From contig CAWDUP010000004.1 in the NCBI GenBank assembly GCA_963805505.1, positions 54,088 through 118,087 of the forward strand: 64,000 nt of DNA, given 5' to 3'. The DNA comes from an uncultured Actinomycetota bacterium (GTDB lineage Bacteria; Actinomycetota; Actinomycetes; DATJPE01). The notes beneath the pieces are model-generated. The model was given only the letters and a program-made list of their open reading frames with translations, did not search any database and was not told the DNA's origin. Numbering within the stretch: the first letter of the stretch is position 1; each line of letters opens with the position of its first letter. Below, one piece after another: positions 28,567-37,911 of this stretch. The translations under genes were made by a program, and so were the position numbers.

Positions 28567-28979
28567 GCGCTGGGATGCTGCACCGGGTCTGTCCGGCCGA
28601 GGAACTCGCGGATGGGGGCTGCCGCCGTGCCGAGTTCGAGGGTCGCGCCGTACTAGTCGCCATCGTCGACGGCGATCCCTACGCCGTTTCCGACACCTGC
28701 CTTCATCGGGAGGGCCGGCTGTCTGACGGGGTCTTCCGGGACGGCGTCGTCACGTGCCCGGAGCACTGGTGGCGTTATGACGTCACCACCGGAGCGCGGA
28801 CCGACGAGCCATCCCAGACGCTCGAGTCGTACCCTGCGCGCATTGAAGAGGGTTGGGTCGTGGTCGACTTCCCACCGGCCGAGCCGGCGCGATCACTGCG
28901 GGAGGTCCTGCTGGCGCACGCCCGTGGGCTTGAGCTCGACGCTCGCGTCACGGACCCGGCTGCAGCCAGCGACGCCTAG
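28563..28979 (+). CDS. Rieske-type [2Fe-2S] ferredoxin (oxygenase ferredoxin component)
   Basis: 138 aa with CLHREGRL ... CPEHWW, i.e. CxH...CxxH. Confidence 0.8.
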   Translation: MSAGMLHRVCPAEELADGGCRRAEFEGRAVLVAIVDGDPYAVSDTCLHREGRLSDGVFRDGVVTCPEHWWRYDVTTGARTDEPSQTLESYPARIEEGWVVVDFPPAEPARSLREVLLAHARGLELDARVTDPAAASDA

Positions 28980-29575
28980 AGGCGGTGCTTGCCCACATCC
29001 CAGCCCTTGTCACCGATCAGTTGGGAGGCTCTCGCTGTCGGCAATTCTTCCAGTGGGGTGCCGAGAGAGTCGTTCCAGCGGTTGAACACTCCGAACATGC
29101 AGACGACCCCCAGGATCTCGACGATCTCGTCCTCGGTCCAGTGCTCTGCAAGCGCCCGGTAGGAGTCGTCCGTGACAGCATTGGGAACCGACGCCGCCTC
29201 CAAGGCGAAGTCGAGCGCGACCCGCTCCTTGTCGGTGAACAGCGGGCTGGTCGGATAGTCGTAGATCGCCGCCATCTTCTGGTCATCGATGCCGTGACGG
29301 GTCGCACTGACCGTCGTATGGGCTTTGCAGTACTGGCAGCCCGAGGCAAAGCTGGCCATGTGGGCCACCAGCCGTTTGAGGCCTAGGTCGACCTGGCCGT
29401 TTGGATTGAAAACTGCCCGATTGAGCCCGATGACGGCCTTGGCGATCGCGGGCACTCGCTGCATCGTCAGAAGACTGTTGGGCACGAAGCCGAGGGTGTG
29501 CGTGAAGTGATCCAACGCCTCCGCGAGATCGGGGTCGGTGCACTCCTCCAACGGGATGGGGTCCATCCGCGCCAT
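28976..29575 (-). CDS. Carboxymuconolactone decarboxylase (AhpD-like) family protein
   Basis: I place the start at ATG 29575 (MARMDPIPLEE...). The motif SGCQYCKAHT is the AhpD-like CxxC/H. The 364-aa track ORF has a spurious N-terminal extension. Confidence 0.75.
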   Translation of the reverse strand: MARMDPIPLEECTDPDLAEALDHFTHTLGFVPNSLLTMQRVPAIAKAVIGLNRAVFNPNGQVDLGLKRLVAHMASFASGCQYCKAHTTVSATRHGIDDQKMAAIYDYPTSPLFTDKERVALDFALEAASVPNAVTDDSYRALAEHWTEDEIVEILGVVCMFGVFNRWNDSLGTPLEELPTARASQLIGDKGWDVGKHRL

Positions 29576-29805
29576 GGCTGGCTCCTTCGATTGGTCGGAC
29601 CGCGCGGCCGCCGCCCGGCAACCATGCTTCCAGCCAGGGCTCGACTCCCGTGACCTCGTTCTGCTCCGCGGTACGCGAGGTCTCTCCCAGAAGGAACTGC
29701 CGCCAGGAAGGTGCCGCGCGGCGTGGTTCCTGGACAACCACGGGGTGCCACCGCCTGCGGCGTCCTCGTGCCGCCAGCCAGCACGACACGAGTCTCGCGG
29801 GCGAA

Positions 29806-29936
29806 TCAGCCAGCGCCGCCCGTGGGGACGAGCGTGCGGACGGTCCGCAGAGCGACGCTCAGGGTCGCCAGGTCGAAGACCTCGGCCTGACCGATGTCCG
29901 AGAGCGTTCCACGGGCGCGCGCCAGTCCCTCGGAGT
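29806..29936. repeat. Intact copy (gdh 3' coding end) of the direct repeat paired with 14502-14632
   Basis: Same sequence family as 14502-14632. Here it is in frame and encodes the GDH C-terminus (...ALRTVRTLVPTGGAG*). Confidence 0.7.
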
Positions 29937-32900
29937 TGGCCGCCTCCCAGATCGCGATCCGCTCGTCGGTGTCGACGACGTCCGGCGCGGCCATCAGCAC
30001 ACCCCGGGTGAGAGACGCCAGCACCTCGTAGAGGTCGTAGCGCAGCGCCATCCGGGCCAGTGCCTCCCATCGATCATCTCGAGGCAGCGCCGTGATCCGC
30101 GTGAGCATCCGATCTACGGCGAAGCGCTCGGACATCGCGAAATAGATCGCCGCCACGCGGTCCGGCTCTTCGCCGGTCGAAGCCGTGATCTCGATCACCT
30201 CGAGCAGCGAGAAGGCATCGAGCAGGGCGGCTGCGTCCCGTGCCAGGTCCGTGGGCACGCCGAGGGTCTCGAAGTCTGCCTGGCGCTGGCTGAAACGCTC
30301 CAGCTCGGTCCCACGCAGCAAACCAGGGACGAGCGGCACCAATGCACCCACGCGGGAGAAGTGCTCAACCTCCGCCGCGACGTCTACCGCGGTGCGCCGA
30401 GCCTGCAGCAGCCACCGCGTCGCCCGGTCGAGTAGCCGCCGGCACTCCAGGTAGAGGGCCGTCTGAGCATTCGTCGGAACGACCGCGTCGAGCTCCTCGA
30501 CCCGGGCCCAGAAGTCCTCCAGCCCGAACACCTCGCGCACGACGGTGTAGGCCCGCGCCACCTCTGCCGGAGTGCCCGAGGTCTCCTCGCCTGCCCGATA
30601 GGAGAACGTGATGCCACCACGGTTCACCAGATCGTTGACGATCACGGTCGTGATGATCTGGCGGCGCAACGGATGGTCGGCCAACCGGTCGCCGTACCGC
30701 TCGACCAGCTGCCGCGGGAAATAGCCGCGCAGAGCTCGCTCGAACCACGGCTCGTCGGGCACCGCCGACTCGAGCAGCACTTCGGTCAGAGTCATCTTTG
30801 AGTACGCCACCAGCACAGCGAACTCCGGAGAGCTGAGCCCCTGGCCGGCCGCGTGCAGCCGGTCGATCTGGCTGTTGCTCGGCAAGAACTCCAGCGCCCG
30901 ATCGAGTTCGTGCTCCTTCTCCAGCTTGCGGATGAACCGCTTGTGCACAGGCAGCATGGGGTACGCCTGCACGCGGGCGTTGCCAAGCAAGATGTTCTGC
31001 TCGTAGTTGTCCCGCAGAACGTGCAGGGCGACGTCGTCAGCCATCTCCTCCAACAGCTCATTGCGCTGCTTGGTCGTGAGGTCACCGGATCGAACGACCT
31101 GATCCAGCACGATCTTGATGTTCACCTCGTGGTCGGAGGTGTCGACCCCGGCGGAATTGTCGATCGCATCGGTGTTGATCCGCACGCCGTGCCGGGACGC
31201 CTCGATTCGTCCCAGCTGGGAGAACCCGAGATTTCCTCCCTCGCCGACGACCCGGCACCGCAGGTCGACCCCGTCGACGCGGATGTTGTCGTTGGCCTTG
31301 TCGCCCACCTCGGCGTTGGTCTCGTCCAAGGACTTCACGTAGGTGCCGATGCCGCCGTTCCAGAACAAGTCAACCGGTGCCTTGAGAATGGCTCGCATCA
31401 GTTCCGCCGGAGTCAGCGCGGACACGTCGGCTTCCAGACCCAGGACCGCCCGTGCCTCTGCGCTGATCGGCACCGACTTGGCCGACCTTGGGAAGACACC
31501 ACCACCTTGCGAGATCAGGCCGGGGTCGTAGTCGGCCCAGGACGATCGCGGCAGGTCGAACAGCCGCCTGCGCTCGACGTAGGACTTCGCGGCATCCGGA
31601 TCGGGGTCGATGAAGATGTGGCGGTGGTCGAAGGCAGCCACCAGACGGATGTGCTCCGACAGGAGCATCCCGTTGCCGAAGACGTCGCCGCTCATGTCAC
31701 CGACACCAACGACGGTGAAGTCCTGCGTCTGCGTGTCGTGCCCCAGCTCGCGGAAGTGCCGCTTGACCGACTCCCACGCGCCGCGCGCGGTGATCCCCAT
31801 CGCCTTGTGGTCGTAGCCGACCGAGCCGCCGGACGCGAATGCGTCGCCCAGCCAGAAGCCGTAGTCGGCCGACACCTGGTTGGCGATGTCCGAGAAGGTC
31901 GCTGTTCCCTTGTCGGCCGCGACGACGAGGTATGGGTCGTCCCCGTCGTGGCGCACCACCTGAGGCGGGGGAACCGTCTTGCCCTCGAGCAGGTTGTCTG
32001 TGATGTCGAGCATGCCCGAGATGAACGTCTTGTAGCAGGCAATCCCTTCTGCGAGCCATGCCTCCCGGTCCACCGCTGGGTCAGGAAGCAGCTTCGGGCA
32101 GAACCCACCCTTGGCACCGACCGGCACGATCACCGCGTTCTTCACGGCCTGCGCCTTCACCAGGCCGAGCACCTCGGTGCGGAAGTCCTCACGCCGGTCG
32201 GACCAACGCAGCCCCCCACGCGCGACCGGACCGAACCGGAGATGGACACCTTCGAACCGGGGGCTGTAGACCCAGATCTCGAAGCGTGGCCGGGGCTTGG
32301 GCAGGTCCGGGATGCTCAAGGGATCGAGCTTGAAGGAGAAATAGCTCTTCCGGTTCCCCGCGGCATCGGGCTGGAAGACATTCGTCCGCAGGGTCGCCTG
32401 GATCAAGGCGAGGTAGGAGCGCAGGATCCGGTCCTGATCGAGGCTGGCCACCTCGTCCAGTCCCCCGGCGATCTCCTCGACGATGGCTTCGCACAGCTCG
32501 CTGCGCTCTCCCGAGATCGCCGGGTCGAAGCGCGCCTCGAACAGCCGCACGAGCAGGCGAGCCAGTCCGATGTTGGCCTGCAGACAGGTCTCCACGTAGT
32601 CCTGGCTGAACATCGACCCGGCCTGGCGCATGTACTTCGCGTAGGCACGCAGCACGGCCGCCTGCCGCCACGTGAGGCCGGCTCGAGGCACGAGCGCGTT
32701 GAACCCGTCCGATTCGGCCAGACCGCCCCAGATGGCGGCGAACGCTTCCTCGAACAGGCCCTTACCCGCGGACCCGCCGAAGGCGCTCACCCCGGCAGCA
32801 GTTCCGGCGCGGAGGCCGAAGTCGTACAAGAACGCGGGCGACGCGCCGTTGCGGTCGATCGTGTAGGGACGCTCGTCGACGACCTCGACGCCGAGGCGCT

Positions 32901-34659
32901 GCAGGACCGGAAGCACCTCTGACAGCGAGATCGGGGTCCCCAGCGTGCACACCTTGAAGCGGCGCTCCTCCGGGCGCGCGCCGATCGCGGAGTAGAGGTT
33001 GAGCGACATGGCGCCGTCCTCGGCGAGCCCCTCGATCTGCCGTACGTCTGCGACGGCTAGTCGAGCGCCGAACTCCTCCTTGTAGCCCTCCGGAAAGGCA
33101 TCCAGATAACGCCGTTGGAGCAAGGTGCCGCGCTCCTCGCCGAACTGGTCCACGAGCGCGTCGTCGAAATCGTCCACCCAGTCACGGGTGGCTTCCTCGA
33201 GCCGTGCCTCGAGCCCCTCGACGTCGACCTCGGGCAGCGCCGCGCCGGGGGCCACGCGGACGACGAAGTGCAGCCGCGCCAGCACGGACTCCGAGACGCG
33301 GGCTGTGTAGTCGACGGTGACGCCCTCGAAGGCCTCCTTCAGGATCTCCGCCATGTCCAGGCGCACTGCTGTGGTGTAGCGATCACGTGGGAGGTAGACC
33401 AGGCAGGACATGAACCGGCCGTAGACATCGCGCCTCAGGAACAGCCGAGTCTGGCGGCGCTCCTGCATCGCGAGGACCGACATCGCGATGGGGAGCAGTT
33501 CGTCCTCGGACACCTGGAACAGCTCGTCACGCGGATAGGTCTCGAGGATCTGCAGGAGGTTCTTGCCGTCATGGCTGGCTGGGTCGAAGCCGGAGGCATC
33601 CAGGACCTGACGCACCTTGCGACGCAAGACCGGCACCCGCAGGACACTTTCGGCGTACGCCGCCGAGGTGAACAAGCCGAGGAATCGACGCTCTCCGGTC
33701 ACCTGACCGGAGTCGTCGAACGACTTCACCCCGATGTAGTCGAGATAGGCCGGCCGATGGACCGTCGACCGGCTGTTGGCCTGGGTGAGGATCAGCAGAC
33801 GCGGCTCGCGGGCCTTGGCGCGTACCTCAGGCGGCAGCTTGTCGAACGAGCTCGAGACGCGCTGGTCAGAGCGCAAGATCCCGAGCCCACTGCCGGGGAC
33901 AGCCACGAGCGCGTCCTCCCCGTCCTCACGGGTCAGCGCGTACTCGCGGACCCCGAGGAAGGTGAAGTGGTCGTCCACCAGCCACTCGAGAAGCTCCCGC
34001 GCCTCCGCGATCTCCTGATCTGAGATGCCCACAGGGGGCTGAGCGGTGAGTGACTGGGCGACGTCGGAGGCGACCACCCGCATCTTTCCCCAGTCCTCCA
34101 CGGCCTCGCGGACGTCGGAGAGGACGCGGCGCAGGCCGGCTTCGATCTCGGCCAGCTCCTCAGGATCGGAGATCCGATCGATCTCCACCTCCATCCACGA
34201 CTCGAGGGACGTGTCGCTAGGCCGGTCGGCGGCCTCGTCAAGAACCTCGACGAGGTCGCCGGTGAGCGTGCGCTGGACCGTGAGCTGAGGGTGGATCACC
34301 AGGTGGATGGCGTGGCCCCGACTGGCCAGCTCGGCGGTCACCGAGTCCACCAAGAAGGGCATGTCGTCGGTGACGACCTCCACCACCGTGTGCCCGGAGG
34401 ACCACCCGTGCTCGTCCACGGTTGGTGTGAACGCGCGTACCTTCGCCGCCCCTTGTGGGCGATTCAAGCCGAGGTCGCGGTGCGAAAAGGCCGCCCCTGC
34501 GACGTCGACCGGATCACGCCCGACCAGGTCCTCCGGCGAGACGCGACGGTAGTAGCGCTCGAGGAAGAGGCGGTCGCTCTTGGCCGGCCCCGATCCGCTT
34601 CGAAGATGAACCGCGCGTTCGATGAGGTCGCGCTTGGCATCGTCGAACTTGTTGAGCAT
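29806..34659 (-). CDS. gdh: Large NAD-specific glutamate dehydrogenase (about 1600-aa GdhB / Rv2476c-type)
   Basis: 1617-aa ORF with the length, N-terminus (MLNKFDDAKRDLIERA...) and central catalytic core typical of the 180-kDa class NAD-GDH. Its last roughly 130 nt are duplicated at 14502-14632. Confidence 0.9.
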   Translation of the reverse strand: MLNKFDDAKRDLIERAVHLRSGSGPAKSDRLFLERYYRRVSPEDLVGRDPVDVAGAAFSHRDLGLNRPQGAAKVRAFTPTVDEHGWSSGHTVVEVVTDDMPFLVDSVTAELASRGHAIHLVIHPQLTVQRTLTGDLVEVLDEAADRPSDTSLESWMEVEIDRISDPEELAEIEAGLRRVLSDVREAVEDWGKMRVVASDVAQSLTAQPPVGISDQEIAEARELLEWLVDDHFTFLGVREYALTREDGEDALVAVPGSGLGILRSDQRVSSSFDKLPPEVRAKAREPRLLILTQANSRSTVHRPAYLDYIGVKSFDDSGQVTGERRFLGLFTSAAYAESVLRVPVLRRKVRQVLDASGFDPASHDGKNLLQILETYPRDELFQVSEDELLPIAMSVLAMQERRQTRLFLRRDVYGRFMSCLVYLPRDRYTTAVRLDMAEILKEAFEGVTVDYTARVSESVLARLHFVVRVAPGAALPEVDVEGLEARLEEATRDWVDDFDDALVDQFGEERGTLLQRRYLDAFPEGYKEEFGARLAVADVRQIEGLAEDGAMSLNLYSAIGARPEERRFKVCTLGTPISLSEVLPVLQRLGVEVVDERPYTIDRNGASPAFLYDFGLRAGTAAGVSAFGGSAGKGLFEEAFAAIWGGLAESDGFNALVPRAGLTWRQAAVLRAYAKYMRQAGSMFSQDYVETCLQANIGLARLLVRLFEARFDPAISGERSELCEAIVEEIAGGLDEVASLDQDRILRSYLALIQATLRTNVFQPDAAGNRKSYFSFKLDPLSIPDLPKPRPRFEIWVYSPRFEGVHLRFGPVARGGLRWSDRREDFRTEVLGLVKAQAVKNAVIVPVGAKGGFCPKLLPDPAVDREAWLAEGIACYKTFISGMLDITDNLLEGKTVPPPQVVRHDGDDPYLVVAADKGTATFSDIANQVSADYGFWLGDAFASGGSVGYDHKAMGITARGAWESVKRHFRELGHDTQTQDFTVVGVGDMSGDVFGNGMLLSEHIRLVAAFDHRHIFIDPDPDAAKSYVERRRLFDLPRSSWADYDPGLISQGGGVFPRSAKSVPISAEARAVLGLEADVSALTPAELMRAILKAPVDLFWNGGIGTYVKSLDETNAEVGDKANDNIRVDGVDLRCRVVGEGGNLGFSQLGRIEASRHGVRINTDAIDNSAGVDTSDHEVNIKIVLDQVVRSGDLTTKQRNELLEEMADDVALHVLRDNYEQNILLGNARVQAYPMLPVHKRFIRKLEKEHELDRALEFLPSNSQIDRLHAAGQGLSSPEFAVLVAYSKMTLTEVLLESAVPDEPWFERALRGYFPRQLVERYGDRLADHPLRRQIITTVIVNDLVNRGGITFSYRAGEETSGTPAEVARAYTVVREVFGLEDFWARVEELDAVVPTNAQTALYLECRRLLDRATRWLLQARRTAVDVAAEVEHFSRVGALVPLVPGLLRGTELERFSQRQADFETLGVPTDLARDAAALLDAFSLLEVIEITASTGEEPDRVAAIYFAMSERFAVDRMLTRITALPRDDRWEALARMALRYDLYEVLASLTRGVLMAAPDVVDTDERIAIWEAANSEGLARARGTLSDIGQAEVFDLATLSVALRTVRTLVPTGGAG

Positions 34660-34722
34660 CGTCGTCCTGCCCGAGTGGTCCAGCGGACGCCGTTGTCCGC
34701 ACTTGCAGGCTATCGCCCTGTC

Positions 34723-36354
34723 TCAGCCTTGGTGGGGGTGACGCGACTCCTTGGCCGGAACGAAGGTCTCCTTGATCGATCGCGTCGAGGTCCACCGCAG
34801 CAGGTTCTGCGCCGCCCCCGCCTTGTCGTTCGTGCCGCTGGCCCGGCCACCGCCGAACGGTTGCTGACCGACGACTGCACCAGTGGGCTTGTCGTTGATG
34901 TAGAAGTTGCCGGCCGCGAAGCGCAGCTCGTCGGTTGCCTGGGCGATGGCCCGGCGATCCTGGGCGATCACCGAGCCGGTCAAGGCGTACGGCGACGCCG
35001 ACTCCATCTGGCGAAGGGTCGCGAGGTAGTCACCGTCGTCGTAGACGTGCACCGACAAGATCGGACCGAAGTACTCCGTCGTGAAGATCTCATCGGTGGG
35101 GTCGGTGCCGACCAGCACGGTCGGCCGTACGAACCAGCCCTCGGAGTCGTCGTAGCCGCCGCCGGCCAGCACGGTGATCGACTCCACGTCTTTCGCGCGG
35201 TCCAAGGCTTTCGACAATCGGCCGAAGGAGCGGTCGTCGATGACCGCGCCCATGAAATTGGCGAGATCTGTCGTGGGACCCATGGTGAGCGCATCCACCT
35301 CGGCCGCGAGGTCGTCTCGCAGTCCCTCCCACAAGCTCCTCGGCACATAGGCGCGCGAAGCCGCCGAGCACTTCTGACCCTGGTATTCGAAGGCCCCTCG
35401 CACCATCGCCGTGCGCAAGACATCGATGTCGGCGCTGGGGTGTGCCATCACGAAGTCCTTGCCCCCGGTCTCACCCACGATCCGCGGGTAGGACCGATAG
35501 CCGGCGATGTTCCCCCCGACCCGCGACCACAGCTGCTGGAAGACCCGCGTCGATCCCGTGAAGTGGATCCCGGCCAGGTCAGGATCGGCCAGCACGACGT
35601 CGGAGACGGCGATCCCGTCGCCCGTCACCATGTTGATGACCCCCGGTGGGAGGCCGGCCTCTTCGAGCAGCGCCATCAGGAAGTGCGCCGCGAACTGCTG
35701 GGTGTGCGCCGGCTTCCACACGACGGTGTTGCCCATCAGTGCCGGCGCGGTCGGCAGGTTGCCGGCGATGGCGGTGAAGTTGAACGGGGTCACCGCATAG
35801 ATGAAGCCCTCGAGCGGTCGATGGTCGGTCCGGTTCCAGATACCCGCCGACGACCTGGGTTGTTCGGCGAGCACCTGCCCGGCAAAGGACACGTTGAAGC
35901 GCCAGAAGTCGATGAGCTCGCAAGCCGCGTCGATCTCGGCCTGAAAGGCCGTCTTCGACTGGCCGAGGAGGGTGGCGGCGTTCAGCGTCTGCCGCCACGG
36001 GCCGGCCAAGAGGTCGGCGGCCTTCAGGAACACAGCAGCCCGGTCGTCGAAGGAGAGCTCCCGCCAGGGTCGGGCCGCCTGCTTCGCCGCCGCCACCGCC
36101 TCGCGGGCGTCGTCAGCGGTTGCCTGGTGGGTCACGCCGAGCACGTGCGCCCTCGCGTGCGGTTGCACGATCTCCATGGGCGAGCCAGACCCCGCCCGTC
36201 GCGTTCCGCCGATGGCCATGGTCAGATCGACCGGTGTGCCGGCCAGCCCAGCGACCCGTTCTTCAAGCGCCGCCCGCTCCGCACTTCCGGGTGCATACAG
36301 CAAGACCGGCTCGTTGATCGGGTCGGGCACTCGGGTGGTGGCGTCGAACGACAT
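34723..36354 (-). CDS. pruA: L-glutamate gamma-semialdehyde (delta-1-pyrroline-5-carboxylate) dehydrogenase
   Basis: 543-aa ALDH-superfamily protein with an N-terminal pattern typical of PruA/RocA (EPVLLYAPGSAERAALEE ...) and the catalytic Cys motif (QGQKCSAASR). Confidence 0.85.
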   Translation of the reverse strand: MSFDATTRVPDPINEPVLLYAPGSAERAALEERVAGLAGTPVDLTMAIGGTRRAGSGSPMEIVQPHARAHVLGVTHQATADDAREAVAAAKQAARPWRELSFDDRAAVFLKAADLLAGPWRQTLNAATLLGQSKTAFQAEIDAACELIDFWRFNVSFAGQVLAEQPRSSAGIWNRTDHRPLEGFIYAVTPFNFTAIAGNLPTAPALMGNTVVWKPAHTQQFAAHFLMALLEEAGLPPGVINMVTGDGIAVSDVVLADPDLAGIHFTGSTRVFQQLWSRVGGNIAGYRSYPRIVGETGGKDFVMAHPSADIDVLRTAMVRGAFEYQGQKCSAASRAYVPRSLWEGLRDDLAAEVDALTMGPTTDLANFMGAVIDDRSFGRLSKALDRAKDVESITVLAGGGYDDSEGWFVRPTVLVGTDPTDEIFTTEYFGPILSVHVYDDGDYLATLRQMESASPYALTGSVIAQDRRAIAQATDELRFAAGNFYINDKPTGAVVGQQPFGGGRASGTNDKAGAAQNLLRWTSTRSIKETFVPAKESRHPHQG

Positions 36355-36429
36355 GGAACTGCTCCTCGATCCGGATGCGCGTCACGGCCGACCGTGCGGT
36401 CCGACCCATCCTGGCACGTCCGCCAACGG

Positions 36430-36876
36430 TCACCCAGGGTCGAGCAAAGACGTGATCTCCTCGACTGAGAACCACAAGAGATCCAGGTCTGCCAGCTCCG
36501 CTAGCTCGGCATCAGAGCCGACTGCGCTCTCGTCGATGTGCACCGACATGACCTCGGCCAACGAGAGCGGCCCTGTCAGGCGCACCACTGACGCCCCGGC
36601 CAGGGGGTCCTCGACAACACGAGAGGTCGGCAGGTCCGCGGCAAGCACCACCCGACGCCGAACGACCCCAGCCTGACCACCCAAGCGTTCGACCGACAGC
36701 TCCGCAGCATCCAGCAGCGCCTCGTTCTCGAGGACCTCGACGTCCTCGTCGACCAATGAGCCTCGCAAGGCTTCCGTGACCGCGCACGCGACGTTGGCTT
36801 CGACCTGGCCGAGACGCTGCAACGTCTCGAGGTCGGCCATCGTCGCGGGGACGTACACGCGCGTCGAGCTGGTCAT
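36430..36876 (-). CDS. Hypothetical protein
   Basis: 148-aa ORF with coding-like composition and no recognisable motif. Confidence 0.4.
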   Translation of the reverse strand: MTSSTRVYVPATMADLETLQRLGQVEANVACAVTEALRGSLVDEDVEVLENEALLDAAELSVERLGGQAGVVRRRVVLAADLPTSRVVEDPLAGASVVRLTGPLSLAEVMSVHIDESAVGSDAELAELADLDLLWFSVEEITSLLDPG

Positions 36877-36891
36877 GCTTCGGTCAGCACG

Positions 36892-37911
36892 TCAGATCCA
36901 GCTCATCTCATCGGCCCTCGCGCGCCGCAGAGCTTCGGTGCTGGTACGCAGCGAGGTCTCGAGGACCGCCTCGCGGCGGCTGGGGTCCATCAGGTTGGCA
37001 CCGATCGCTTCGAGGTCCTCACGCCCTGGACCCAGCATGGTCACCGAGATCCCAGCGCGGCGAACCTTCGCGGCCTCGCCCAGCATGCGCCGAGTCATGG
37101 TGCGGCGAAACGCTCGTTCCGCGCGCGCACCCAGCCCGGACGGGCGGTCGTAGTCGAAGGAAACCATGGGTGCCAGGACATAGACCTCGTCGACCGCAGC
37201 GCCCGCCAGCAGGTCGACAGACGTAGGTGAGCAGGTCCCCCCGTCGACGTAGCGTCGCCCGCCGATGGGTACGGGAGCGAACCAGCCGGGGATGGAGCAC
37301 GACGCGTGCACGGCCTCGGCCAGTCCGGCTTGCGGCGCGCCAGGGCGACCGAAGGCCACGCGTCGGCCCGAGTCGTAGTCCATCGCGACGATCCACAGCG
37401 CCGGGTGCGGCGACCACTCACCCTGCGGTGTCACCGCCTCGACCAGAGCAGGAACCGACCACAGTGACTTCCGGCCGCTGGGGAGCAGCGCTGACATCGC
37501 GGCCAACGGCGGGATCGATCTGGGCGACCGCATGCTCTGCAACAGCAGCCGGCTCGATCCGATGCCGGGGCGAGGACGTCCCGGCAGCGCGCCCCCAGTC
37601 GCACGGTCGTAGTCGTAGGAATGTCCGGCCAGTGGGCCGGTGGTCACCGCGAGCCCGCCTTGGTGACGCAGCAGGTCTTCGACGCCGACCCCTGCGCCGA
37701 GCAGGGCCGCCAGCACCGACCCAGCCGAGGTGCCCACGATCACCTCTGCAGATGACGCGTCGAATCCGTCGACCTTGGCGAGCGCCTGCAGGGCACCCAG
37801 CGTCCAGGTGGCCCCGAGCACGCCACCAGCACCCAGCACCAGGCCGCGGCGCGGCGACCTGCCACTCACCGCACGGTCTCCCGCAGCTCCGCGAGCGCAT
37901 CCACCAGGCAC
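36892..37911 (-). CDS. Patatin-like phospholipase
   Basis: Motifs GLVLGAGGVLG (oxyanion), GTSAGS (GxSxG nucleophile) and YVDGG (catalytic Asp). The exact start is uncertain; the track ORF overlaps the upstream gene by 45 nt. Confidence 0.75.
   Translation of the reverse strand: MPGGCARGAAGDRAVSGRSPRRGLVLGAGGVLGATWTLGALQALAKVDGFDASSAEVIVGTSAGSVLAALLGAGVGVEDLLRHQGGLAVTTGPLAGHSYDYDRATGGALPGRPRPGIGSSRLLLQSMRSPRSIPPLAAMSALLPSGRKSLWSVPALVEAVTPQGEWSPHPALWIVAMDYDSGRRVAFGRPGAPQAGLAEAVHASCSIPGWFAPVPIGGRRYVDGGTCSPTSVDLLAGAAVDEVYVLAPMVSFDYDRPSGLGARAERAFRRTMTRRMLGEAAKVRRAGISVTMLGPGREDLEAIGANLMDPSRREAVLETSLRTSTEALRRARADEMSWI

Noticed and set aside
30853-36468. Plus-strand ORFs 30853-32922 (689 aa), 33115-34023 and 34291-36468 (725 aa)
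   Set aside because: They are antisense to the gdh and pruA genes, and the translations are Arg/Gly/Pro-rich.
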